The notes under the pieces were generated by a model. It did no database searches. It saw only the letters and a list, made by a program, of their open reading frames with translations, and had not been told where the DNA came from. From the NCBI GenBank assembly GCA_903877945.1, contig CAIRFY010000323.1, forward strand, positions 1 through 41,614: a stretch of 41,614 bases of DNA, read 5' to 3'. Numbering within the stretch: position 1 is the first letter of the stretch; each line of letters opens with the position of its first letter. The DNA is from an uncultured Oscillochloris sp. GTDB taxonomy: Bacteria > Chloroflexota > Chloroflexia > Chloroflexales > Chloroflexaceae. Position numbers and translations under genes: made by a program. Positions 9,640 to 20,029 of this stretch are shown piece after piece.

Positions 9640-11074
9640 TATAAAGCAGATACGTAACGCGATTGAGCTTCAATACATCGGCTTTAACCCCAACACAGCG
9701 AAAATCAAGCCAGCACATTTGGCGAACGGATTGTTTCGTGTCATGCTGAGTTATCGCTACGATACGACGCGGTTGCTTCAATTCGTTTACACACCCCTTA
9801 AAGAGGGCAATCCGCTCCGTGGTTGTGAGCCACAAACGATCTACGATCAGTTGGTGACAGCTAAGCACATTAACCCGCGTGATGTGTCGCTGCCACAGGT
9901 TTCTGCTCTACGATCCGCGCTGCGCAAAATTGTTACCGCAGATAACGCGGTCTACCCTGGGATGGACTCTTACTCGGCAGGTGCAGCCCCGTTTGTTTCT
10001 AACGACCATATTGGACAAGATGCGGGTGAGTTTCTTGCACTCTGGCTCCAGCGTGATGCTCCGAGATTTAGAGATACAATACTCTCTGCGCTTATGCAAC
10101 TTACCGATCCGATTACCGTTACTGCTACTCCTCTCTTCGATGAAGATGTTCCAAAGCCTGTAGTCGTTAAAGGCGCAGATACCATCTTGGCCTTTGGTGA
10201 TACTTGCCCTCCTACACTGCAACGTGGTATGGGTACACTAGCCATCGCGGCTGAACAACTTGCTGTTCATATGAACGCGCATCCTAATAAACTTGCACGT
10301 TTACGAATGGCGATGCTTCTAAGTTCATTTCTAGTTGTGCGCTATCTTGTCGATTTGGAAGCACTCTTCACACCATCCACTAGCCGTGCCCGACCGATCT
10401 TTCTACTCGATTTTTCGTCTGCCAACAATACTCCGATCCGCGCTGCCTCACAGCGGTCGTATATTTTTGCTTGCCAAGCGATGACTCGCTTTTACACTTG
10501 GATGTTCGCCCAATATCTTCGTGATCGTTATACACTTGAGGATCTCGCTCAGGTACCAACTTATGGCACGAAAATGAAATCTGCGGAACGACAGGTCATT
10601 GCCGATGTATGGCAAGGTGCTAATGACGACCAGCGTGACGCGCCTGACCCCTATCGGGTCTATGGGCAGGCAGTGTACGATATTATCGTACTGCTCTCTG
10701 AGGCACCTATCCTATACATGCGACAGATCGGTATCCGTGGCGGTCTATTTTGGCCTCCTTATGGACTCCAACCCACAAAGCAAATGGCACCTCGTCAAGA
10801 CATGTTGGAAGTATTGATCCGAAGCGTTTGCTGTCAGGGCGAGATCCTAACGCTTGGGCAGATCCAGGATCGGCTGTGGCAGACTTTTGGGATTATTATT
10901 GGTGGGCGAGCCGAGGATCTTGATCTCCTAGTAAGTGCTGGAATCTACCAAGCTGATAGTCAAGCTCTTGAGCATAACCAAGCGTCGTTTGTTCAACAAC
11001 TGAGTGACTTAAGCTTCGCACGTCTCCTTGCTGATGGTGTTCTCAATGTACAAGTAGGAACAGCATGGAACTGA
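9632..11074 (+). CDS. Hypothetical protein (~480 aa), DptG/MAD7-like by size and position
   Basis: GTG at 9632 with aaggagg RBS, overlapping the upstream stop. C-terminal FGIIIGG...FVQQLSDLSFARLLADGV resembles the DptG/MAD7 winged-helix-like end (recalled, not aligned). Confidence 0.55.
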   Translation: MFDIKQIRNAIELQYIGFNPNTAKIKPAHLANGLFRVMLSYRYDTTRLLQFVYTPLKEGNPLRGCEPQTIYDQLVTAKHINPRDVSLPQVSALRSALRKIVTADNAVYPGMDSYSAGAAPFVSNDHIGQDAGEFLALWLQRDAPRFRDTILSALMQLTDPITVTATPLFDEDVPKPVVVKGADTILAFGDTCPPTLQRGMGTLAIAAEQLAVHMNAHPNKLARLRMAMLLSSFLVVRYLVDLEALFTPSTSRARPIFLLDFSSANNTPIRAASQRSYIFACQAMTRFYTWMFAQYLRDRYTLEDLAQVPTYGTKMKSAERQVIADVWQGANDDQRDAPDPYRVYGQAVYDIIVLLSEAPILYMRQIGIRGGLFWPPYGLQPTKQMAPRQDMLEVLIRSVCCQGEILTLGQIQDRLWQTFGIIIGGRAEDLDLLVSAGIYQADSQALEHNQASFVQQLSDLSFARLLADGVLNVQVGTAWN

Positions 11075-14000
11075 CACTTACCGGCGTCCTAACCGATCTC
11101 CTGCAAACTCGGCTGCGGTCTACCAAGCTTGGCATTGTAATCCGGGGCATTCAAGATATTCGCCCGGTACCCATTGTCGTAGCAATACAAGCAACAATGG
11201 AAGATCCGCTTGCGGTGGCGGTTGTCGGCTATCACATCGATTTCACACCGGAACTGGAGATAGCCACAACCATTGAGGCGGCTGTCGGGTGGCGCAATCA
11301 GGCAAGTGACTATGCTGGACGTATCCTTGTGTTTGTTCCAGGCGATGTGGAGAAACTCGGATCGCTTGAAAGTTTCGACAAGGTAACTACGCGTGATGTT
11401 GCGAACCACCTTATCCAATGGGCTGAGCGAACCCTTGCACATACACCCCCACAGCAGCGGTTTTGGAGTGATCTGCAAAGCCAGGTGGCAACGCTTCCCT
11501 TTCGTATGCTGCTAGATTTTACCATTGCAGTTGCGGCAAGTACGCAGAATATTAGCGTCATCCCGAAAGAACTTTGGCGGCTCGGTCTGCTAGAAGATGG
11601 TACGCTGCTGAATATGCAAGTCAATGTAGGAGAGCGACTTGATCGAAATCGCGCTTTGATAACTCAGATTGGACAGCTTTCGGATAAAAGCCGCAAGCGC
11701 ATGAACTCGGTATTGCGTAGGGCCACGGGTACAGGGCATCAGCAATTACGTGAAGCGGCCCGCCAACTCCGAACATTTTTCGAGCAGGGAGATAATAGCT
11801 CGCTTGATGGTCTACGATTCGATGATGTGGAACGTCTTATACAGGCTGGAAAAATCGAGCCCAGCCCTGCGCCTAAACCGATTCTAGATGAGCCGACTGA
11901 AGTTGGTGACTATACTGATACGGAAGAACGCGAACCTCGCCGTATCCGCGATTCCGTATTGCGTGGGCAGGAGCTAACGCAGGCGGTGGCCGGACAAGTG
12001 GTGCGGCAGGGCGACCCGGCAGTTGTCGCGGCCTACCTCGAACGTGTGCATCAGCGCATGACCGATGAGCGCAGCGATGGGGACGACCTGATCGACGATG
12101 ACGTGCTGACGCCGATCAGTGGTGGCCGTTCAATCCAAACCAATGTCACCCGCCACACGCGATCACTCTACGAGTTTGTAGGCATCTTCTGCACCGAACA
12201 CAGTTGGGGCGGCGTAACTCAGGCGGATCAGCACAATATGCGTGATGTGATCCAGCGGTTCAGTAATGCCAGCGATGTCGAGCGGTACGACCCCTGCACA
12301 CCGTTGCAGGATGGACAGAGCCTGCTTAGCCTTTTAACAAACATTGATCAAGAAATGGCAAGTGCGACGCATTTCAGAGATCTCTGGACACAGTTGGAGC
12401 GGGCGCGGGCCACACTTTGCGTTCAGCTCGACCTTCTGATTGTTGATCCAATCTCCTTGATCTATAGCAATAGCACAGTGCGCGAGTCTGTTTACCAGTA
12501 TCTTGACACCTACGCCGAGTTGTTACGGCAGTTACATCGCCACGCTGGCGAACTCAATCAGCGATTTCGGAAGGCGTACCGCGCAATCCTCCAGGGTCTT
12601 TTGCGGCTCGATGTAATCTTTGTACACACTCCGTCTGAGAACCCGGCTCAGGCGAGCTATCGGCAATGGAAGGCGTTGCTAACCCCGCTGCATCCGTTAC
12701 ATCTCTGGCGCTACCGCACGATCCTTGAGCGCACCGGATCAAACCTCAGCGCGACTGAGCAAGAGCAATTAACCCACGCGCTGCCAAAACTGCCCCACCT
12801 GTTGCATTTTGTGGCGACTATTGATCCTCAGGGTGGCAAGATTACCCTGCCGCATGCAGGAAACCTAGAAACGCTGCCAATCTACGAGAATCGCACAAAC
12901 CGCTACCTGGGCAGTGATGGCGTTGAATTCCTCAGCGACTTGTTGAAAAGCTGGCTCACATTTGCCCCCTATAGCCGCCCGCAAATCCGCGTGGCGTTGG
13001 TTGATGTGCCCTACCTGCCTGACGCACTACGCGAAGTCTGGCGGTTTATGCGTGGGCAAAGCCAAACACGGGTTGTGATTGATTGCTACCGCACCCGTCC
13101 ACAACATGTGCTTGAGCATCTCGCGGAGATGGATTTTGAGGGGCAAGACAGTGCGATTGCTGAACTGCTGCTTGATGGGGCGTTGAGCCTCAACCTCTAC
13201 GAGAAAGATTCGCTGCGCGATGTGGTGCATGCACTTGAGCAGCGACAGGTGCATATTACCTACTGCTTCGACCAATCATCATACGACCTTACGAAGACGA
13301 CGCGGAGCGGACACCTTGTAGTTAGCCCGCTGGTTGTCACCTACAAGTACGGTTACGATGAGGCGTATAAGAAGGGCGAAATATCGCCCTCCTCGGATGC
13401 CGACAGTGGCTTATTCGCCGATTACCATTATTTGCTCAATCAAGCGATTGATCTACAAGAAGATCAGTCGTTTCAGGTACAAATCGGTAGCGGCAACGAT
13501 GTTGACGCCCTGAATACGCTATTGTCATCACAAAGCACACGTTGGCTTGCGGTTGCGGATCGCACCATGCTGGGCTATGCCCCACATGAGTCCGTGCCGC
13601 TGGTGGAACAACTGCATGGTCGGCGCGAAGTTGCGGTCTGGGCCTATGCCACATCACGCTCCGTAGTCCAGTTTGTTGAGATTCTCCGCTCCTTCAACCT
13701 ATTGCCGAACGAGGCTCATATTGCCTCGTTGATGCAGAAGTACGGACATATTGCGGCTGGTGGACTCTTTAGTGCGGTGCGGGCCAATAATCTCTCAACG
13801 GCACAGCGAAATCAGCGGAAAGGACTGATCGGGACGGTTGTTGCGGCACACTGGTATGCCTCACGCTACCCTGGAGCGCTGATCGCATCGCTCGATAGCG
13901 GGCTTGCACGCCAATGGCTTTCGCTACAATCGGCTTCTCGTGAGCGTGCGGATCTGGTCGGGCTACGCGAAGATGACCAAGGCAATTTGATCATTGAAGT

Positions 14001-15855
14001 CATTGAGGTGAAGGCGATTGAGCGTGCGGGTAAAGAAGTGCAGGTAGGCAGCAATCCACAGACTCGGCAGATCACACTAAGCGGAGCAGCAGTAGACCAA
14101 CTGCGCTCAACGCTGGCAGCAATCGCTCCGATTTTCTTGCCCGCTGAGTCACAGGAAGGGCTCTTTACCCAAGCCAGACGCGAGGCGCTGAAATACCAAC
14201 TCTATCGCGAGTGCTTCCGTGAGTTGCACCCTAAAACGGATCAACATCGCTGGTACAAACTCCTGAATAACGCCTTTCGGGAAGATCCCAACGCTGCTCC
14301 GGTCAGCGTGATTTGTCGAGGAGTCGTGACCCACGTTCTCTTCGAGGAGCATGGTGATACAGAAATTGTGGTGGATGGAAGCGGCGAGATCAGCTTGGTA
14401 CGACTACGCGATGAAGCTGTCCAACGGCTCGTTGCGCCACGTGATACCGAGCAACCTCCATTGCCTCCTGCCCTGCCACCATTATCTTCGCCACCGTCTA
14501 CAGGCGGTCGTGATCAGTCACCTGAGCCACATGAACCCATCATCAGCCATGAAGATTCAGGATCTCAACCTCGCTCATCTGTAGGCGAAGAAAAACAGGA
14601 AGTGATCACACCGCCTGCGCCAGTATTGCCAGTCAATCTGCATAGCATCTCTACAGTCATTGCGCCAACCTATGATGTGATGCTTGGTGACACGGGTCAT
14701 CCTCAGCAGTATGGACTGCTTGGTCGGGTTGGCGAGCGTAAGCGCGTAGCACTTGACCTCAACGGCACGAACACGATCAGTTTGTTTGGAGTCCAAGGAG
14801 CGGGCAAATCGTATACCCTTGGAAGTATTGTCGAGATGGCGACAAAGCTGTTTCCGGGGATTAACGCGCTGCCCTCACCACTTGCCTCGGTCATCTTCCA
14901 CTATCACCAGAGCCAGGACTACCCCCCAGAGTTTATCTCTATGATTGCGCCAAACAGCAAGGAAGAGGAGCTAAGGGTACTGGCTCAGCAGTACAACGCA
15001 CGCCCGGACTGCCTTGATGATGTGTTGATCTTAACATCGGCTGACAAGGTGGCACGACGCCGAATGGAGTTCCCATCAGTTCAGGTGCAACCTATTTTAT
15101 TCAGCTCAAACGAGCTTTCGCTCAAGGATTGGCGCTTCCTGATGGGCGGGGTTGGCAACCAGATGTATGTCAAACAGATGAATGTGATCATGCGCCTGCT
15201 TCGTGAGCAGATTACGCTTGATGCGCTACGGGATGAGATTAGCACATCGAGCTTGAGTGACAGCCAAAAAACCATCGCAAACACGCGATTGAATTTTGCG
15301 GCTCAATTCATTGATGATCGCCAGCATCTCGGGACAGTGTTACAGCCGGGGCGGCTCGTTATTGTGGATCTGCGCGATGAATTTATTGACAAAGACGAGG
15401 CACTCGGACTGTTTGTTGTCCTGCTCAATATCTTCGCCAATGCTGGTCGAGAGAAGGGGTTCAATAAGCTGGTCGTCTTCGATGAAGCCCACAAGTACAT
15501 GAATAACGAAGACCTCACGAGCCATATTGTTGACGTTATTCGGCAGATGCGGCACCAAGGGGTGTCAGTGCTGATTGCTTCTCAAGATCCGTTATCACTC
15601 GCCAGCGCGATCATCGAGCTATCCTCGATTGTCATCCTGCATCGCTTTAACGCGCCCAAGTGGCTTAAACATATCCAACAGTCGGTTTCTGCGCTCGCCG
15701 ATCTGACTGCCGGACAACTTGCATCGTTGCGCCCTGGCGAGGCGTTTATTTGGGCAAACAAAGCGACTGATGTGCAGTACACTCAGCGGGCCATAAAGAT
15801 ACGCTTTCGCCCACGGTTGACTCAACACGGGGGTGGGACGAAAACAGCTATATAA
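11065..15855 (+). CDS. Large PD-(D/E)XK nuclease + HerA/FtsK-type ATPase, DptH/MAD8-like
   Basis: Walker A ISLFGVQGAGKSYT, Walker B LVVFDEAHKY, RQMRHQGVSVLIASQDP. RADLVG...IEVK nuclease-like motif. LLTPLHPLHLW motif. Overlaps upstream gene (ATGGAACTGA). Confidence 0.75.
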   Translation: MELTLTGVLTDLLQTRLRSTKLGIVIRGIQDIRPVPIVVAIQATMEDPLAVAVVGYHIDFTPELEIATTIEAAVGWRNQASDYAGRILVFVPGDVEKLGSLESFDKVTTRDVANHLIQWAERTLAHTPPQQRFWSDLQSQVATLPFRMLLDFTIAVAASTQNISVIPKELWRLGLLEDGTLLNMQVNVGERLDRNRALITQIGQLSDKSRKRMNSVLRRATGTGHQQLREAARQLRTFFEQGDNSSLDGLRFDDVERLIQAGKIEPSPAPKPILDEPTEVGDYTDTEEREPRRIRDSVLRGQELTQAVAGQVVRQGDPAVVAAYLERVHQRMTDERSDGDDLIDDDVLTPISGGRSIQTNVTRHTRSLYEFVGIFCTEHSWGGVTQADQHNMRDVIQRFSNASDVERYDPCTPLQDGQSLLSLLTNIDQEMASATHFRDLWTQLERARATLCVQLDLLIVDPISLIYSNSTVRESVYQYLDTYAELLRQLHRHAGELNQRFRKAYRAILQGLLRLDVIFVHTPSENPAQASYRQWKALLTPLHPLHLWRYRTILERTGSNLSATEQEQLTHALPKLPHLLHFVATIDPQGGKITLPHAGNLETLPIYENRTNRYLGSDGVEFLSDLLKSWLTFAPYSRPQIRVALVDVPYLPDALREVWRFMRGQSQTRVVIDCYRTRPQHVLEHLAEMDFEGQDSAIAELLLDGALSLNLYEKDSLRDVVHALEQRQVHITYCFDQSSYDLTKTTRSGHLVVSPLVVTYKYGYDEAYKKGEISPSSDADSGLFADYHYLLNQAIDLQEDQSFQVQIGSGNDVDALNTLLSSQSTRWLAVADRTMLGYAPHESVPLVEQLHGRREVAVWAYATSRSVVQFVEILRSFNLLPNEAHIASLMQKYGHIAAGGLFSAVRANNLSTAQRNQRKGLIGTVVAAHWYASRYPGALIASLDSGLARQWLSLQSASRERADLVGLREDDQGNLIIEVIEVKAIERAGKEVQVGSNPQTRQITLSGAAVDQLRSTLAAIAPIFLPAESQEGLFTQARREALKYQLYRECFRELHPKTDQHRWYKLLNNAFREDPNAAPVSVICRGVVTHVLFEEHGDTEIVVDGSGEISLVRLRDEAVQRLVAPRDTEQPPLPPALPPLSSPPSTGGRDQSPEPHEPIISHEDSGSQPRSSVGEEKQEVITPPAPVLPVNLHSISTVIAPTYDVMLGDTGHPQQYGLLGRVGERKRVALDLNGTNTISLFGVQGAGKSYTLGSIVEMATKLFPGINALPSPLASVIFHYHQSQDYPPEFISMIAPNSKEEELRVLAQQYNARPDCLDDVLILTSADKVARRRMEFPSVQVQPILFSSNELSLKDWRFLMGGVGNQMYVKQMNVIMRLLREQITLDALRDEISTSSLSDSQKTIANTRLNFAAQFIDDRQHLGTVLQPGRLVIVDLRDEFIDKDEALGLFVVLLNIFANAGREKGFNKLVVFDEAHKYMNNEDLTSHIVDVIRQMRHQGVSVLIASQDPLSLASAIIELSSIVILHRFNAPKWLKHIQQSVSALADLTAGQLASLRPGEAFIWANKATDVQYTQRAIKIRFRPRLTQHGGGTKTAI

Positions 15856-15865
15856 AACACCGGGA

Positions 15866-16030
15866 TGCTGAGCGAAGCGAAGTGTGACAGGGCGAGTTTT
15901 GTGCTACGACGTGGTTTGCGGATATAGCGGTTCTATCTAGGTCGTGAAGCGGTGTTTGTCGTGTCGGCTTCAGCCGCACAGGCGCTGAAGCGCCCACTAC
16001 GAACTTGACACCTGACACCTGACACCTGAA
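15866..16030. repeat. Cluster of short repeats: REP half-site (gctgagcgaagcgaag), GTAG-type REP-like palindrome (ggcttcagc...gctgaagcgcccactac) and (TGACACC)x3
   Basis: Read directly at ~15867-15882, ~15965-16000 and ~16006-16029. Confidence 0.6.
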
Positions 16031-16066
16031 ACCTTGCGCTACTGCCTCCGATATGGATGATCGCCC

Positions 16067-18169
16067 ATGCCTGATGGTACTCGTGCCGATCCGCGCCCTC
16101 GCACCACGCTCCTGCTCGCCATTGTCTTGCTGATGATCGCCCTGTTGCCGCGTGTGATCAGTCTGAGCGATTTTTACACGACTGATGAGGCGTATTTCTG
16201 GCAGGGGCGAGTCGCCCATTTCAGCGCCGCGATCACGATGGGCGACTGGCGCAGTACGGATCAGACGGGCCACCCTGGGGTCACGACGATGTGGCTGGGT
16301 GCGCTGGGTAAGTACCTCGCCGATGGCTTGGGTGTGCCCGCGCCGAGTCCTGGCAGCGGGACGCACTATTTGTCGTTCCTGCGCTTACCTCTGGCGGTGA
16401 TGAACGCCCTCGCTGTTGGCCTGGGCTATCTGTTGCTGCGACGGCTGCTGCGCCCTTACGTTGCGTTTGGTGCCGCCTTGCTCTGGGCTACGTCGCCCTT
16501 CCTGATCGCCCACAGTCGGTTGCTGCACTTGGATGCGCTGCTCACGTCGCTGATCAGCCTGAGTCTGTTGAGCCTACTGGTCGCCACCATCGGGGCGCGG
16601 GCACCGATTCGCCCGCTCTGGCGGCGTCCGTCCCTGCTGCTCGCGGGTGTGTTCGCGGGTCTAGCCCTGCTCACGAAGTCGCCGGCGCTGCTGCTGCTGC
16701 CCTTCGCCGGGCTGCTGATGTTCGCTAGTGAGCTTGGCGCACGGCCCGCCGGGGTCACGCTCTGGCGGGCCACGTTCAGCGCCCTGGCCCGTGCGCTCGG
16801 TGCCTTCCTGGTCTGGATGATGGCGGCGACAGTGATCTTTGTGGCTCTCTGGCCGGCAATGTGGGTGAGTCCGCTTGGCTCGCTGGGCAGCGTCATCACG
16901 GAGGTGATCAACAACGGGGGTAAGGCGCACAGCGCAGGTAACTACTTTATGGGCCAGGCGGTGGCTGACCCCGGCTGGTTCTTTTACGTTGCGGTGGTAC
17001 TCTGGCGCGGCGAGCCGCCGCTGACGCTCGGCCTGCTGGCCCTGGCTGGCTACGGCATCGGGTGGCTGCTTCACCGGCAGGCGACTACGGTAGGCCAGGA
17101 GTTGCGCAGCCGGGAGCCTGATCTGATCCGCCAGCGCCAGGTGATTATGGCCCTGATCGCCTTCAGCTTGCTCTTTTTGATCGCCCTGACCCAGATGGCC
17201 AAGAAATTTGACCGCTACCTACTGCCGCTCTGGCCCTGTCTGGAGATCCTCGCGGCGATTGGTATCTCGGCCACGCTGGACCGGGCGGCACGCACGGTCT
17301 GGGGCCGTGCGATCCTGAGCCGACGCCTTACTCGCCCGCTGCTCGCCGGGGCGGCTGTGGTATCCTTAATCGTCCCGCTGATCTCCTACGCGCCATATTA
17401 TCTGGCCTACTACACGCCGCTGCTCGGCGGCGGCACCACCGCCCAGGATGTGCTGCTGGCTGGATGGGGCGAGGGTATGGAGCAGGCGGGTGCCTGGCTG
17501 AACGCCCGTCCCGATTTCGAGCGCGGCCCGGTACTCTCGTGGATTCCTGAGACGCTGACGCCCTTTGTGCGGCCCACGGTGGCGGTGTACGACCTCGATA
17601 CCGACGCCCTCAGCAAATCGGCGAACTACGCCGTTGTCTACACCAGCGTCGCCGCACGCGATAGCCGTACTGTTGCCGAGGCATTCGCCTTGCAGACGCC
17701 GCCGCTCTTCACCCTGCGCGTCCACGGTGTCACCTACGCGAGCATCCACCAGGTGCCGCGCCCCTACAGCCGCACGCTGGATGCGGTATTCAGCGGGGTT
17801 CACCTGCGCGGCATCTCTGACCAGATCATCGGCTCGACCCTGGTGATCACGCCTTCGTGGGACATCCAGCTAGACCGGGCCGGTGGCCTGCGGAGCTTTG
17901 TCCACGTCCTCAGTTCCGAGGGTACGCTTGTCGGTCAGATCGACACGGTGATCGACGATGGCATGTTCGCCAATTGGCAGGTCGGACAGCAGTTCGGGAC
18001 GCCACTGCCGATTGGTCTGCCCGCCGACCTGCCCGCCGGTGAGTACCGGGTGCTGCTCGGCCTCTACACGCCCGAGGATGGCCAGCGCCTGCCCGTCACG
18101 ATGGGACAAGTCGCCCCCGAGAATGTGGATGGGCCAAATGCGGTTGAGATCCTGCGCATCAGGCGGTAG
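16067..18169 (+). CDS. GT-C superfamily (PMT/ArnT-like) membrane glycosyltransferase
   Basis: TTDEAY acidic loop, GHPGVT, HSRLLHLDA, LALLTKSP, KKFDRYLLP; many TM helices; C-terminal soluble domain. Confidence 0.8.
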   Translation: MPDGTRADPRPRTTLLLAIVLLMIALLPRVISLSDFYTTDEAYFWQGRVAHFSAAITMGDWRSTDQTGHPGVTTMWLGALGKYLADGLGVPAPSPGSGTHYLSFLRLPLAVMNALAVGLGYLLLRRLLRPYVAFGAALLWATSPFLIAHSRLLHLDALLTSLISLSLLSLLVATIGARAPIRPLWRRPSLLLAGVFAGLALLTKSPALLLLPFAGLLMFASELGARPAGVTLWRATFSALARALGAFLVWMMAATVIFVALWPAMWVSPLGSLGSVITEVINNGGKAHSAGNYFMGQAVADPGWFFYVAVVLWRGEPPLTLGLLALAGYGIGWLLHRQATTVGQELRSREPDLIRQRQVIMALIAFSLLFLIALTQMAKKFDRYLLPLWPCLEILAAIGISATLDRAARTVWGRAILSRRLTRPLLAGAAVVSLIVPLISYAPYYLAYYTPLLGGGTTAQDVLLAGWGEGMEQAGAWLNARPDFERGPVLSWIPETLTPFVRPTVAVYDLDTDALSKSANYAVVYTSVAARDSRTVAEAFALQTPPLFTLRVHGVTYASIHQVPRPYSRTLDAVFSGVHLRGISDQIIGSTLVITPSWDIQLDRAGGLRSFVHVLSSEGTLVGQIDTVIDDGMFANWQVGQQFGTPLPIGLPADLPAGEYRVLLGLYTPEDGQRLPVTMGQVAPENVDGPNAVEILRIRR

Positions 18170-18214
18170 GGGTGGCGCAGCGTCACGGGCCGTGGGAAAG
18201 AAATCTGCAATCCT

Positions 18215-19801
18215 ATGAACGCTCGCACCCTGCTTACCCTGCTCGCCCTCGTCGCCATTGTCGGTGGCTGTGTACCGATTGTCGCCACTATCAGTGCGAC
18301 CCCGTCGGTTGCCCGCGCTGCCAGAGCGACGGCCACACCCCCGCCCAGCGCCACGCCGACACCACAGCCTAGCGTCACGCCCACGCCAACCCTGCCACCC
18401 GAGGTGGCCGTCCAGGCTCCTGCCCTTCTGCCCGCAGCGGTGGGCGACTTGGCCGGAGCCTCGGCCTGGGATCGCTACACGATCATTGCCGCCCTGAACC
18501 CGAGTGATCTCAGCGTGCGCGGCACTGTCACCCTCGATATGCGCAACCGCTACGGCGTTGATCTGGATCAACTCTACTTTCATCTCTACCCGAACCACCC
18601 CGACTTCGGCGGGCGGCTGGATGTTACCAGCGCCAGCGTGAACGACGTACCTGTAACCTCGGACACCCTGCACAACGACACCCTGCTGCGCCTTACGTTA
18701 CCCGCGCCCCTGCGCCCCGGCCAGTCCGCCCACGTGGTGCTAGAATTCAGCGCCAAGACCACTAAGAATGCGAGCAGCAAGACCTTCGGAGCCTCCAACT
18801 TCGAGGCGGGGGTCTGGTCAATGGCGAACTTCTACCCTATCCTGGCCCGCCACTTCGCCGACAGTGGCTGGGACACCCGGCAGGTTGATTCGCGTGGCGA
18901 CTTTGCAGTTTCCAGCGTGGCTCTCTATGATGTGACCATTGACGCGCCAAACGGCTGGACTCTGGTGAGTACCGGCGTGACGATACACGACGGGCCAGTG
19001 AACGAACAGGTACACCGCCAGCGATTCGTCAGCGGGCCGCAGCGCGAGTTCTACCTGGGCGCTCTCCAGGGGCTCGCTCAAGCCGAGACGCTGGTGGACG
19101 GCACCCGTATCGTCTCCTATTTCCAGCCCGGCAGCGCCGACGGCGGCACATTCGGCCTGGAGGTGGCCACGCAATCCCTGCGCGCCTTCAACGCACGCTA
19201 CGGCACCTACCCCCTGGCCGAACTTGAGGTGGTGCAGTCGGCCCTCACCCAGTTCCTGGGCATGGAGTACCCTGGCGTGGTGCTGATCGAGCAAAAGCTC
19301 TACACCAAGCCAATGGGCGATCTGGAGCCGACCATTGCCCACGAGATCGCCCACCAGTGGTGGTACAGCCAGGTTGGCAACGACGCCCAGGGCGAGGCGT
19401 GGCTCGACGAGGGTCTGGCCAGTTATTCGCAGGTGGTTTACGACGAGGCTATCGGCAATCCGCAACGTACTGAGGGTGAACTCCAGTTTTTTCGCAACAT
19501 CTTCATCACTGCCCGCGCCGTCGGTCACGACGCACCCCTAAACAGTTCACCCGCCGACCTGGGAAATGGTCGCTACTACCCTGTGATCTACGCCAAAGCC
19601 CCGCTCTTCTTCCACGCCCTGCGTAGACAGCTTGGTGAGACAGGATTTGACCGATTCATCCACGCCTACTACGCGGCCTTCCGCTACCAGGACGTTGCTG
19701 GCCCTGACATGCTGCGGGTCGCCCAGCAAAGCTGTGGCTGTGATCTGACGAAGATCTATCACGACTGGGTACTCACAGCGGCCAAGGTAGCGATACCATA
19801 G
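18215..19801 (+). CDS. M1-family zinc metallopeptidase, probable lipoprotein
   Basis: GMEYP, HEIAHQWW...WLDEGLA (HEXXH-18-E), IYAKA; lipobox VGGC. Confidence 0.9.
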   Translation: MNARTLLTLLALVAIVGGCVPIVATISATPSVARAARATATPPPSATPTPQPSVTPTPTLPPEVAVQAPALLPAAVGDLAGASAWDRYTIIAALNPSDLSVRGTVTLDMRNRYGVDLDQLYFHLYPNHPDFGGRLDVTSASVNDVPVTSDTLHNDTLLRLTLPAPLRPGQSAHVVLEFSAKTTKNASSKTFGASNFEAGVWSMANFYPILARHFADSGWDTRQVDSRGDFAVSSVALYDVTIDAPNGWTLVSTGVTIHDGPVNEQVHRQRFVSGPQREFYLGALQGLAQAETLVDGTRIVSYFQPGSADGGTFGLEVATQSLRAFNARYGTYPLAELEVVQSALTQFLGMEYPGVVLIEQKLYTKPMGDLEPTIAHEIAHQWWYSQVGNDAQGEAWLDEGLASYSQVVYDEAIGNPQRTEGELQFFRNIFITARAVGHDAPLNSSPADLGNGRYYPVIYAKAPLFFHALRRQLGETGFDRFIHAYYAAFRYQDVAGPDMLRVAQQSCGCDLTKIYHDWVLTAAKVAIP

Positions 19802-19827
19802 GGCAACAGGTGGGTCGGACATCAATA

Positions 19828-19923
19828 CTCCCTCACCCTCACGGGGAGAGGGGAGTACATCCCTTCCTGGTAAGGAATACCCCCCCTCTCCCGCTCAGGG
19901 AGAGGGGGCTGGGGGGGTGAGGG
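19828..19923. repeat. MITE/REP-like element, partial or diverged copy
   Basis: ccctcacggggagagggg...ccctctcccgctcagggagagggggctgggggggtgaggg. Confidence 0.75.
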
Positions 19924-20029
19924 CTGCGCGGCGGTGGACGTCCTCGTTCAAAAGCCTTGCACCAATCCACGCTCGCTCTGCGTACAATAAGGGCGACCCA
20001 CTGACTATACTCTCGGAGGCTCCGCAGCT

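Noticed and set aside
5911-15855. Canonical Druantia type I or canonical Dnd system
   Set aside because: No DruE helicase/DUF1998, no recognisable DruB-D, and no dndABCDE in the window.
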